DNA of 64,000 nt. Origin: Mustelus asterias. Its lineage: Eukaryota. This document shows, one piece after another, positions 35,001 through 46,104 of the stretch. A program made the position numbers and the translations under genes. The stretch covers positions 97,526,001-97,590,000 of the forward strand of contig NC_135813.1 in assembly GCF_964213995.1 (NCBI RefSeq), written 5' to 3'. The first letter of the stretch is position 1; every line of letters starts with the position of its first letter. A model generated the notes under the pieces. The model worked only from the letters and a program-made list of their open reading frames with translations, made no database searches and was not told the origin of the DNA.

Positions 35001-37888
35001 TGTCAGCTGAGGAGGCTCCTCAATGTTGTGTCACTGAGAAAAGGAAGTCATTGGTTCCCCAGAACCCACGGGCGATCCCCTCCCATCCCCGACCCCACCC
35101 ACCCAGGGCCCTGTAAGTGGGTTTCAGATCCCTTACCCACTACACAGACGTGGGCCCAGATGCCAGCGTGTATGCGGAGCTCAGATTGAAGTCAGACTAG
35201 TTTGCACCAGGGCATCATCACAATGGTGCTGAACGAGTCATCATCACCCTCCTGCCGGCCAAAGAAACTCGCTAACACAGCGTACCCAGGCCCACCACTC
35301 TGGTGTGACGGTGTTGCAGGAGACAGAATGAATTTTGGGGTGGGGGGGATGGAACCCACAGACACAAGCCCCTAGCGACTGAACCGCCTGGTGTTCAGGG
35401 ACTCCATTGCTGCCCTCGCATGCCTCATTTGAGCTGCCAACCCTACAGCGCCTGGGTGGTGTTCCAAGGAGTGCTCTTCCTCCTCTTCCTCCTCCTCCTG
35501 CTGGTCATCCTCCCTAGCGACAGCCAGCTGGTCAGCCTTCACATCCTCCTCATCCTCCTCCTCCAATAGGTCACCTCTCTGCAGAGCCAGGTTGTGCAAG
35601 GCACAGCACACGACCACAATGCGGGATGAGATCACAGGGCTGTATTGTTGGGCCCTGCCAGAGCGGCCCAGGCACCGGAATCGCATTTTGAGGAGCCCAA
35701 TGTACCTCTCCACTATCGCGTGGGTGGCTACATGGGCCTCATTATGGCGGGTCTCCACCTCAGTCACAGGCCTCCACACAGGCTTCATCAGCCATGTCCA
35801 AAGTGGGTAACCCATATCACCCACGAGCCACCCCCGCAGCCTGGGTTCCTCCTCAAATGCCTCAGGGAGGTCAGAGCTCCTGACAATGAAGCTGTCATGC
35901 ACGCTGCCTGGGTGCCTTACGCAGACGTGCATCATGTTCATATTATGGTCACACACTTGTTGAACATTCAGGGAGTGGAACCTCTTCCTGTTGATGAATC
36001 TTTGTGGTTTCTATAGGGGGGCCGGGGGGGCCTTGAGGGTGATGTGGGTGCAGTCGATGGCCCCCTGAACGTTAGGCATCCCCGCAATGGCTGCAAACCC
36101 TGCCCCGGGCTTCCTGATGGCCTGGTCCAGGTTGAATTTGATGTGCTGCCCTGCCCGGGCACACAGGCCTTCTGTGACCTGCTTGACACAGGTGTGCACA
36201 ACTGACTGGGAAATGTCACAGACATCTCCGCAGGGGGTCAGGAAGGAGCCAGTCGCATAAAAGAGCAGCCGAGAATTTGACAGCCACCAAGAGTGGGTGC
36301 ACCCCCCCCGCCCCTCCACCCCCCCAACCTCTCCATCCCACCCCCACACCCTGACCACCCCCACCCTCCCCCCACCCCCCCAACTCCCCCACCCTGACCA
36401 CCCCTACCCTCCCCCACACCCCCCCACCCCCACCTCCCCCCAACTCCCCTCCCACTCCCCACCCTCCCTCACTGCCCCTAGGTGGCAGGTCCTGCAACAG
36501 GTGACACAGGTGTTGCACTGTCTCCTATCGGAGTGGGAGATGTCGACGGCACACGCTTTCCGACATCTATTCAAATGACACTTGTGCACGGAACTGCCAG
36601 GGTCTCTGCTCCCTCCTTCTCCTTCAACCCCCCCTCTGAGTCAATGGCGGCCACCTCCTGCCTCTGGGGTTGTCTCCCTCTACTACTGCAAGTGGCAAGG
36701 CCCAGGCCTCCGGTGCTGCAATTCTTCCTCCAGCTCCTCCTCCTCAGCTCCAGCAGCAACCAAAAGAACAGCAAGATCGACCGGTTGCATCGCAAAAGCC
36801 ATCTCGTCACTCTGAAGGGTGAGGGTGGCGGGGGGTGGGGCGGGGGGGGGGCGGGGGTGGTGTGGTTGGAGATGGAGAGGAACACATGTAGAGGTTGAGG
36901 AACGCTGCTTATCCCTAGCCTATCAACAGTTACTGTCCATACCCCCCAATTCCCCCAGCCACATGCTCCCCACAATCAGAGCTCCCCCAATTCCCCCAGC
37001 CACATACTCCCCAAAATCACAGCCCACCCCCCAATTCCCCCCATCACACACTCCCCACAATCACAGCCCCCTCAATTCCCCCAGCCACATGCTCCCCACA
37101 ATCACAGCCCCCTCAATTGCCCAAGCCTCATGCTCCCCAATATCACAGCTCCTTGAAAAGTTGAGAAGCTGCAGCAGTGCAATTTACAAGGGCTTTGTGC
37201 CCACCCTTCAACTGGAAGAGTGCTGAGTGCACTAGGACCCAGCAGCACCACGAGACCCGAGGTCCGTGCTGAGACACGGATCCGTGCTGCAAGCTGGACA
37301 TCGGAGAACCTGCTGAGCAACAGCCCCCCCAACCCCTCCCCCCACACTCGCAGAGTCGCCACCAGCCTGAGAAAGAAAATGGCCGCAACAAAAGGACACA
37401 CATGAGCAGCAGAGAGCTGTCGGACGCTACACACTTACCTCCTCACTAACCCTCACTGATGGAGCGCCTGAATCAGACTTTTATGGAGCATGTCTGTTTC
37501 ACACCGCTTCCGGATTGTCGAACGCAGCGGTAAAGGGGCAAGTGCCGGTAAAGTTGGGTGTGCGTCAGTCAATTTAAATGCAGCAAATGCATTTAGAAGA
37601 AACATAGAAAACATAGAAAAACAGGCCCTTCGGCCCCACAAGTTGTGTCGAACATATCCCTACCTTTTAGGCCTCCTATAACTCTACATCCTATTAATAG
37701 AAACATACACATATTTAAATTGCCGTCGCGCCCGTTTCAGGCATGGTCCCAATCGCGTGCATTTTTGGGCCTTGGTAAAGGGGGAACTGGCGCGGAGGTG
37801 GGTGCGGATCGCGCTACTCGCCTCCCGCCTGACTTTACCAAATTTTCACGCCCGAAAACGGGCGCAACCTGATGGTAAAATCGGGCCC
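32021..37888 (-). mobile_element. PIF/Harbinger DNA transposon copy 2 (near full length, ~5.9 kb)
   Basis: TIRs GGCCCTATTTTACCA ... TGGTAAAATCGGGCCC followed by TAA. Transposase on - (GAIDCTH...PGSVHDSFI...GDMGYP...[15 protein letters not shown]...CCALHN, ~35372-36600, frameshifted). Spliced Myb/SANT gene on + (WEAVTTSVSA...KQCWKKVNDL, donor at 32701, then EKTDHN..KTGGG). Confidence 0.92.
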
Positions 37889-38679
37889 TAAGTGTCTGAA
37901 TCTCAAGGAAGTTGAACTGTGGAGTTATTGAGCTGTAGTCTGAGACTCTGACATTGTGACGTATCAGGGAGGGAGTTACCTGGACACTTTACCCAGGGGG
38001 CAGTCACAGCCCGTAGATTCGGTGGTGGTTCAGATCTACAGGAGAAGGCGGGTGTGACTGTGAGTCGGGTCAGCATGGAAGCCCCAATTGCAGTGCTGGA
38101 GGAAGCTCAGCAATTGTCCTTATCTAACAGCAATGTACTTCCTGCTGCCCCTGTGGGTGAGGACAAAATCTTCCTGGTGGATGAGAAACCTGACCATGGC
38201 TCCACTGGACATGAGGCCATTGAAGCGGAGGTGAATGTGTGGGCCCACAGCCTGCTGTCACTAATGTTTGTAATTTTATTTCTATTGCACTTTTGATTTT
38301 TATTTGCAGCTGGAGTGGATTATTCAACCAGTGAAGATACAGAGGAAGAGACATTGACGTGACTGGCCGAAGAACCCACCCCCATGAAAAGCTATTCAGG
38401 ATTTTATGAATGTATGTATCAAGGGGGGGATTTACCAACTTAATGCCCTGTTGTGGAATGGACAATTTGGGGTTATTGTTTTTGTTTAAAAAAAAGTTTC
38501 CTTTTCTTATATATATCAGAATAAATATAAAATGCCTCCCCTTTTCACTAAAGTTATCATTCCCTTTGCATCTTTTTAGATTATCAATTATAATTGTTGC
38601 ATCACTATGATTATTACAATTTCCTTATTCAATAAAATTGTTGTTTTAACACATTCCTTGGCATCGTCACTCATTCCTG

Positions 38680-39123
38680 TTACGTACAGAATATTACTCT
38701 AAACCTAAATGAGACTCCACAAGGGACTCTCACGCCTTTACAGTTTTTTGGCATTCCAGCTATGAACCCAAAGATGACCATGGATGAGGCTGCATTAGGG
38801 AGAAGGAAGGGGCTGTTTGAGACAGTGAGTGGAGAGGCCTTACTTCCCTTCCCAACTCCAGGGCCTCCCATTCATCAATGACAGGACCACTCCCCGCCCG
38901 AGTGCTTGTTTCCACTCATGTATGATTCTTATCAACGATTTTGCATGTATGTAAAGGTAGAGGGCCGGGGTAGAATTGATTCACTGAATGTTGGAGCATC
39001 TCGCACGGTCATTTATTCTGAGGCTCCATTTATTTCCCAGAGGGATTTGCTGGGGATGGTTCAATAGGAACAGTGTTGGTTTCTCTGGAGATTGAGTTGG
39101 GACCACCATGTACAAATGACCAT
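38680..39123 (-). pseudogene. Decayed ORF with by-eye similarity to a Polinton/adintovirus/adomavirus-type penton (minor capsid)
   Basis: Joined across frameshifts: GHLYMVVPTQS...FLLNHPQQIPLGNKWSLRIND / LYL.TCKIVDKNH / KNCKGVRVPCGVSFRFRVIFCT*. Not confirmed by any search. Confidence 0.4.
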
Positions 39124-40811
39124 GTTTATTAATCAAATAGTCAGACACAGAGTGGGAATATTGGGATTGGGTGGATGAAGGCCCACGATGTTGCAGTAAA
39201 TATTTACAATCACTAATTGTGGAGGGGAATAGAAGAGGGAAATACATTTTGGTTATTCCTCCAGTAAAATCTACAGAAGGGACAGACAGCAAGTTAACGG
39301 TTGAACAACTTCACCGGCCCAGTGGAGTCGGTCTCTCCCAGGTTTCAGGAGATATTAACACGACGGAGAAACCTTTGCCCCGCACAAAAATGATTGTGGT
39401 TGAGTTCAAGGGGTGGAGGTTAGAATTGATGGAAACCCCATGCCACCACCTCATAGACAGTACAATTTCCCACAGGAGGCAGACACAGATCTTACCAGTA
39501 TGTGTCATGAACCCCGGGGATGTTATCTGCAAGGATGTCTCAACTGGTTTGTGGCAGTATCTAGTTTTGTTTTTGGAATGTTGTGAGGAGTCACGTGAAG
39601 CCCCAGTGTGAATAACCAGTCTAGTCATTGTGTAATAATTACTAAATACAATTTACTAAATTAAAGAAAAGACAAATACACACAAATAGGACTATAATAT
39701 TCTAGGACAACTAAATATATGAATTACTAAACCCACGCACGGTTCATACTCCTTGTTCCAAAATGCATCTGTTATCCCTGAACTCCTTAAGACTTTCCAT
39801 TCCCAAAGAACTTCCACATTAAATAAATGTACGAGACCCATCAGCTTATAGTTACCACACAATGCAAGGCAGATGATCAAGTCTGGGAAATATTATTTTT
39901 AAAATCTTTATATGGTGAATGTTTGACAAGAATTCCTGTGACCTGCAGCAGGATTCACTTTCTGCTCTGACTCTCAGGTTATTGCCCAGACTGAGGGGAG
40001 ATTTCAGGAAATGAAACCTCAGTTCAAATGAATCTTGTCTGATCGTTGGTCTAAAGAATGGTTTGTTACCCTTAGAGATTCTTCTGAAGGGTGAGGCTAA
40101 TAATGATCCAGTCCCTAATGAGTTCACAGCTCCAAACTGGTCTCTCATTCAGCACAATTCACCTCCTCACTCACAGAGTCAATGAGTTAGCTGTTAAAGC
40201 AATCCCAAAAACGTCTCGCTGTGGAGAAGGGGCAAACATTCCCCGTATAAACATCATAAAAATATCAACAAGGATTATCTACCAGTTTCATTTTAAAATA
40301 ACTGTTACAAGTAAGGTTGTGTGGGCCCAGCTCCCATCGGGGCATCTTCATCCTGAGCAGCAGATTGGTCTCCAGAACCTTTCTCCTCCTCACCTTCTCA
40401 TTCTCTGATCTGTTCAGTGCAGCCACCTATATCCTGCTGCTGATTTCCCGGGATGGTAACTGGGTGGAAACACACAGAAATATTGAAACTGGCAAATTCA
40501 CATTAAAAAGAGTCAAGATTTAGCCCTTTGAATCTGCTCTGCCAATCAGCGAGGTCATTGCTGATCTACCTGAGCTCCACCTTCCCATACACTCCCGAGA
40601 TCCCACAAAAACCCACTCCAAACACTCAGCTCAGACACACGGAATCAGGAAATTCACACTGATCATGACACAGGGAATTGTGTGGCCAAAACCTGCTTTC
40701 CCACCCTCTCCTTAATCGGTCCAAACACTAAAATCATAGAATTCACATCAGTGTTGGCAATGTGGAGATGCCATGTTGCTGCCAGCCACAACACTGTAAC
40801 TCCTTCCCTGT

Positions 40812-41015
40812 CGGGGGTCGGTTCAACTCAGTTGGTTGGATAGCTGGTTTGTGATGTGTGAGCGACAGGTTCAATTCCCACACCGGCTGAGGTTATTTAT
40901 GGAGCTCCACCTTCTCAACCTCCCCCCTCGCCTGAGGTTAAATCAGCACCTGTTAACTCTCCCCCTCAAAGTGGAGTGCAGCCTATGGTCATCTGGGGCA
41001 AGGGCAACTTTACTT
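40812..41015 (+). mobile_element. tRNA-derived SINE, second family
   Basis: Duplicated counterpart of 26785-27026. Confidence 0.65.
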
Positions 41016-41626
41016 AAGGAAGAAGTCTCACAACACCAGGTTAAAGTCCAATGAATCACGAACTTTAGGAGCGCTACTCCTTCCTCAGGATATAATTTAT
41101 TTATAGTTAGGCTAACACAGTTAGTATCAAATCAAAACAATGCCTTTCACCATAGGGCCTGAGTCAGGATGGCTGAGTGACTCTGAAACATTACATGGTA
41201 AATGTTTGCTAATTTGCATCCCAGTAAGTTTCATGTTTACAATCTATGTAGCATCATGCCTTAAACATGTTGCTCCATTCTTAAAGTTACAAAGCCAATG
41301 CTCAGAATGGACCGGGCAAACCCAAATCCATTCTTTACTTGTTTCAAAAACCAAAGTCAAATTCCTATTAATAATGGCTTATCAAGCAGGTCAGTTTTTA
41401 TCTATATATAAATGCTGTGTACTGAGTCTTGTTGTAAGTCTTTTTTAAATAAAGATTTTTTAAAAAAAGAAAACATTGGGGTGAGATGAGATTTCTCAGA
41501 GTAATAAGTGCTCTGAGGGCCCGGTGGGGGTATGGAGGGCGGAGGGGGGGGGGGGGGGAGGGGGGGTAGTGCGGGACCGGTGGCGATAGTATTCCATCAA
41601 GCCGCACAGGCTGGAGATGGTCTGCA

Positions 41627-41845
41627 GGAAATGGAAAGTGAAACTGATCAGAGGCTGTTTGCTGTCAGCAACAACACAGCTCCCCGGCTGAGGGTGCGAT
41701 CATTTGTCAGTCACTGAGGGGATTTTTCGGAAATTGATTCTTTAGCTCAGGTGATTTTTTTATAACAGAGCCGGAGAATGTCGGGCAATCAGGGAGCAGC
41801 AAGGCTGTGACGTTCGGAACCAGGCTCTGAGAATAAAAGGGGAAG
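41627..41845 (+). promoter_or_regulatory. ISG15-like copy 2 promoter (distal ISRE intact, proximal ISRE mutated)
   Basis: GAAAGTGAAACT at 41634-41645; GGAAATTGATTCT at 41729-41741. Donor at 42052, acceptor ending 43621. Confidence 0.8.
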
Positions 41846-42599
41846 GAAGGGAGCCAGAGACACTCGCAGAGAGAATAGTTTCACACAGAAGCGACGGAGC
41901 AACATCCAGAGCAGCAGAAGCAAAGAGTTTTATTCACACATTCTCCAGATCTGAGAGTCGGTGTGAAGATAAACAGAGAAGACTAACTGCGCAGGAACAG
42001 AGCATCAGAAAATATTCTGCAGTTTAACTTTCCTGCACCTCTGCAAATACTGTGAGTTCATTCTGCTTTTGGTGGATTTTATTATTCTATTTCTGGTGTG
42101 TAAATTGGTTTGTTCTGAATCTCAGTCGCGATTTATGATAAATTATTATAAAAACCGGGTGGGAAAAAAATAAAGCAAAACATTTAAAATCTCAAACATG
42201 TTGGAGACAAAAATGTGAAATCGGATGTTATTTATTCCAAGGGAGGTTTTCCAATATTTGAAATCAATGCATTAAACATTGATTCACTAAAATTACAAAG
42301 GTCATGGCTTGTTTTTAATTAAAATAGTAAGAGGTTTGGGGTGAATTTCTGAGGCGGGTTCGGAATGGGTTACATTGAATCTCACTCATGATTAAAGATA
42401 CAATCTGATTTCAATGTGGGGACAGTGCAAGAGAATATCATTGCAAATTGAAACAGCGAGAGAGATGTGAGTGAGATCAAACATTTTTCTCTCCCCGGGT
42501 AGATTTAGATTTTGGGCGGTCACTTTCATCTCGGTGCGGCATTTAAAACAAACTGAATTGTGAAGGAACTCTTCACAACAATTTCATCATTTGTTATTG

Positions 42600-42906
42600 G
42601 GGCGGCAAGGTGGCACAGTGCCAGGGACCGGGGTTCAATTCCGGCCTCGGGCCACTGTCTGTGTGGAGTTTGAACGGACTCCTCGTGTCTGCAGGGCTTC
42701 CTCCGGATGCTCTGGTTTCCTCCCACACTTCGAAGATGTGCAGATTAGGTTGATTGGCCATGATAAATTGTCCCTTAGTGTAAGGGGTAATTAGCAGGGT
42801 AAATACATGGGGTTAGGCAGATATGGCCTGGGTGAGAGAGTTGTTGATGCAGGCTCGATGGGCCAAATGGCCTCCTTCTGCACTGGAGGGATTCTATGAT
42901 TCTATG
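42600..42906 (+). mobile_element. V-SINE in ISG15-like copy 2 intron
   Basis: Same insertion as 28516-28822. Confidence 0.8.
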
Positions 42907-43633
42907 AACATCCAACACTTTAATCGTTCCAGGTGTAGAGACCTCTGCTGTTAGTTTATTAAGGATGATGAGCACTTCTGAGAATTAAACGCCTTCATTC
43001 ACAGCTCATGCCAGACGGTTTATTTAAGTCACTCTTGTGACATAAAGCAAGATTTAAGAATGTGGGAAGGCTGGGAAAGGGTTTTGTGAAGAGTGGGATC
43101 ACTATCAGTTCTTCCAGTTCCCGCAAAGTATTCACCCCTGAAATGTTGACACATCTCAGTTTGGGTTCTGCTAGGATCACCACTGAATTCCACATCTCGG
43201 TGCAACTTGGTCCAAACATGGACTTAAGAATTAAATCAAGAGGTGAGAGTTACTGCTCTTGACAGCAAGGTAGTATTTGACCAAGTGTGGCCTCATGGCC
43301 CTGGTACCACATCGCCACCGGCTGCTCAGTATGTTCAGCGGTCCATGGCTTTGATGTATTGCTCCACTTGGGAATAAAACATTGAAAGGAAGTCAGATTG
43401 AGTTGGGAATACAGTCAGTGTGAATTGCACAATATATTCTTTCCCTAGATTCTGTAACTGTCTGGACAATACATTGCATGTTCAAAATAGTATTATGTGA
43501 CTGATCACAATACGCAACATCTTTGATTTGATTTATTATTGTCACATGTATTAGTATCCAGTGAAAAGTATTATTTCTTGCGCGCTAGACAGACACTGAC
43601 ATTTAGTCCATTTCTCAACAGAAATTTGACAAG

Positions 43634-44101
43634 ATGAGACTCCAGGTGAAGTTTTTGACCGGTGAGATTATTGAACTTGAGGTCGACCCTTCCATCCAAA
43701 TCTCGGCTCTCAAGAAGATGATCTATGAAAAAACCAAGGTGCCCCATTTCCGTCAGCGCCTGATGGTTCAAAACGGAAACACGGTGGTTTTGAGAGATGA
43801 CAAGCGGCTGTCTGACTACAGTGTCTCTCCCAGCAATGCTGTCATGCTGATTGTCACCAATGAGGAGCGCATGCAGATATTCCTGAAGAATGAGAAGGGG
43901 AAAACATCTACATATAACGTTCTTCTCTCGGAGTCTGTTCAGGATTTTAAAGCATGCGTACAGCGACAGGAGCGTGTCCCAACCAATCAGCAGCGTCTGA
44001 TATACGAGGGGAAACAGCTGGAGGATGGCTACACACTCGCTGACTACAATATTCAGTCTGAAAGCACCATCTTCCTTGTGCTACGTCTGCGAGGTGGTTA
44101 A
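43634..44101 (+). CDS. ISG15: ISG15-like di-ubiquitin protein, copy 2 (155 aa)
   Basis: Intact ORF ending LVLRLRGG*; 12 amino-acid differences from copy 1. Confidence 0.9.
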   Translation: MRLQVKFLTGEIIELEVDPSIQISALKKMIYEKTKVPHFRQRLMVQNGNTVVLRDDKRLSDYSVSPSNAVMLIVTNEERMQIFLKNEKGKTSTYNVLLSESVQDFKACVQRQERVPTNQQRLIYEGKQLEDGYTLADYNIQSESTIFLVLRLRGG

Positions 44102-44352
44102 CTGCTTCAGCACCAATATGGAATTGGTGATAGATGTTACACAAGAACTACCATAAAGCCTATTGTACTTTTCACAATGTTTCAATCTGTGAGGTTCTGG
44201 GTCTCAGACAGTAATTTTAATTGGAGCTGTGACTGTCACTCTTGGCTTGTTTGATTTATAACATGGGGATGTTTGTGTATATGTTCGTGCCTGTCTACCA
44301 AGCAGATCACCGCCTGCACTCATCGTCTCCAGGAGATGTGTTAGTTAAAGCA

Positions 44353-44701
44353 TGGGTGGCATGGTAGCACAGCGGTTAGCACTGCTGCTTCACAGCTCCA
44401 GGGACCTGGGTTTGATTCCCAGCTTGGGTCACTGTGTGGAGTTTGCACATTCTCCTTGTGTCTGTGTGGCTTTCCTCCAGGTGCTCTGGTTTCCTCCCAC
44501 AGTCCAAAGATGTGCGGGTTAGGTTGATTGGCCATGTTAAAAATTGCCCTTAATGTCCTGAGATGCGTAGGTTAGAGGGATTAGTGGGTAAATGTGTAGG
44601 GATATGGGGGTAGGGCCGGGGTGGGATTGTGGTCGGTGCAGACTCGATGGGCCGAATGGCCTCTTTCTGTACTGTAGGGTTTCTATGATTTCTATTCTAT
44701 G
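44353..44701 (+). mobile_element. V-SINE in 3'UTR of ISG15-like copy 2
   Basis: Same insertion as 30270-30616. Confidence 0.85.
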
Positions 44702-46104
44702 AAAGCAGGGAAGGGTATTTTTAAAACAGAAAAATATTTTTAATTTATAAATGAGGCCAAAGGCGACAAAACCTTTTCCTTTGGGATATGAATTCAGTTT
44801 AGGCCCAAACTCACTCAAGTCTGCTGCTTGTGGGAATCGTCTGTGAAACAGGTTGTGTGAGCGTCAGTGTTAACCTAATGTATGTGTGCTCACAGCATAA
44901 ACATGATTCCAGTTCTAATTCTCACTCAGGCTGGTGCCACAAGATGGTTAATATGAGAAATGGGACACTTCTTGTTGTGGGGCATGGAAACCTACTGTAT
45001 ATAATGGATGGATAAAATGCTGAATAAAACTTTTCTCAGTTCACAGTGATGTTAAATATCCTGCGAGTATTCCTTTAGTCTCACTTCATGTGAGTAGATG
45101 TGTTTGTGTTCAAAATAGAAATGATTTAGTCAGAGTGCTTTGTCCATTGCAATAACATTATATATGGCTTGGACTGTTCATTTTGTTATCATGTGCAATC
45201 TTACTTGAAAATAAAGCTGTTTCTTAAATTAAATTGCAGTTGAGTTGTTTTTTGCCTGGTGAACATTTGTGAATTGGCACTGTCTGTGAATCTGTGTATC
45301 TTACATCAGAGATCCAAAGTTCAAACCATTTTCAGATGATTTCTCCGAACCAAGAGTTGAAAGGAAACTACACTGACTGATACACTGAGGACTCATTATG
45401 GTCTGGATTGAGGTTAGCCTCAGTGCATTGAGACAATAGTAACAATATCTAGGAACCGAATTAAGAGACACACAAAGGGCACAGATTAATTTCGGTATTG
45501 CTATTTGCCTCTTGGCTGCAGCTGCTTCCTGTGTGATGTCTTGTTCGTACAAGATCCCACGCGGGGTTACCCCGTACGTGTAAGCTATAACTCAACTCTA
45601 TTCTGAGGTCTAAGGTGTCGTCAGATACATCACTGGATTTTAACAGCAGTGATTTTACACTCAAGGAAGTGTTGATTTGAGAGGCAAGTCTCCTGTGATT
45701 GTAAGAAGGGTGAGGTCCAGAGTGGAATGCGTAAAAAAAAAGGTTAAGGCTGAGATTGGAATGGGGTGGAGCAGGGGAAAAGGACCTGAACAAGGCCGGA
45801 GAGGGCAGAGTTAGAAATGGACAAACTGTGAGTCTGTGAGGAAACAATCACAAAGTGGTGTCTCAGCACAAGGAGGGAATGAGCAACTTTCAAATAAATA
45901 ACACACCAAAACTTCCAACTATATCGTGCACTTATATTAAAAACTAAAAAATACAAGCTAAATTGAATAGAGGAAAGAAACTTAAATGAATTAAGTGAGT
46001 AAAACAGGGTTAGGCAGAGACGGCAGTGTAAGTGCTTTGTCACAACAACAGCATGTGGGAGTTTGTGGGCAGCATTGCAATTGCAGACAACCACACACAG
46101 GAAC

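Larger units (their letters stand above)
26400..39340 (+). repeat. Segmental duplication unit A (ISG15-like gene, Harbinger, penton-like block)
   Basis: Collinear and nearly identical to ~40510-52150 (ATG offset 14084) and ~57890-63480. Confidence 0.9.

Noticed and set aside
35372-35956. Domesticated host HARBI1 or MSANTD gene
   Set aside because: Multiple frameshifted copies bounded by TIRs, with an empty site visible in the window; these are decayed transposons.
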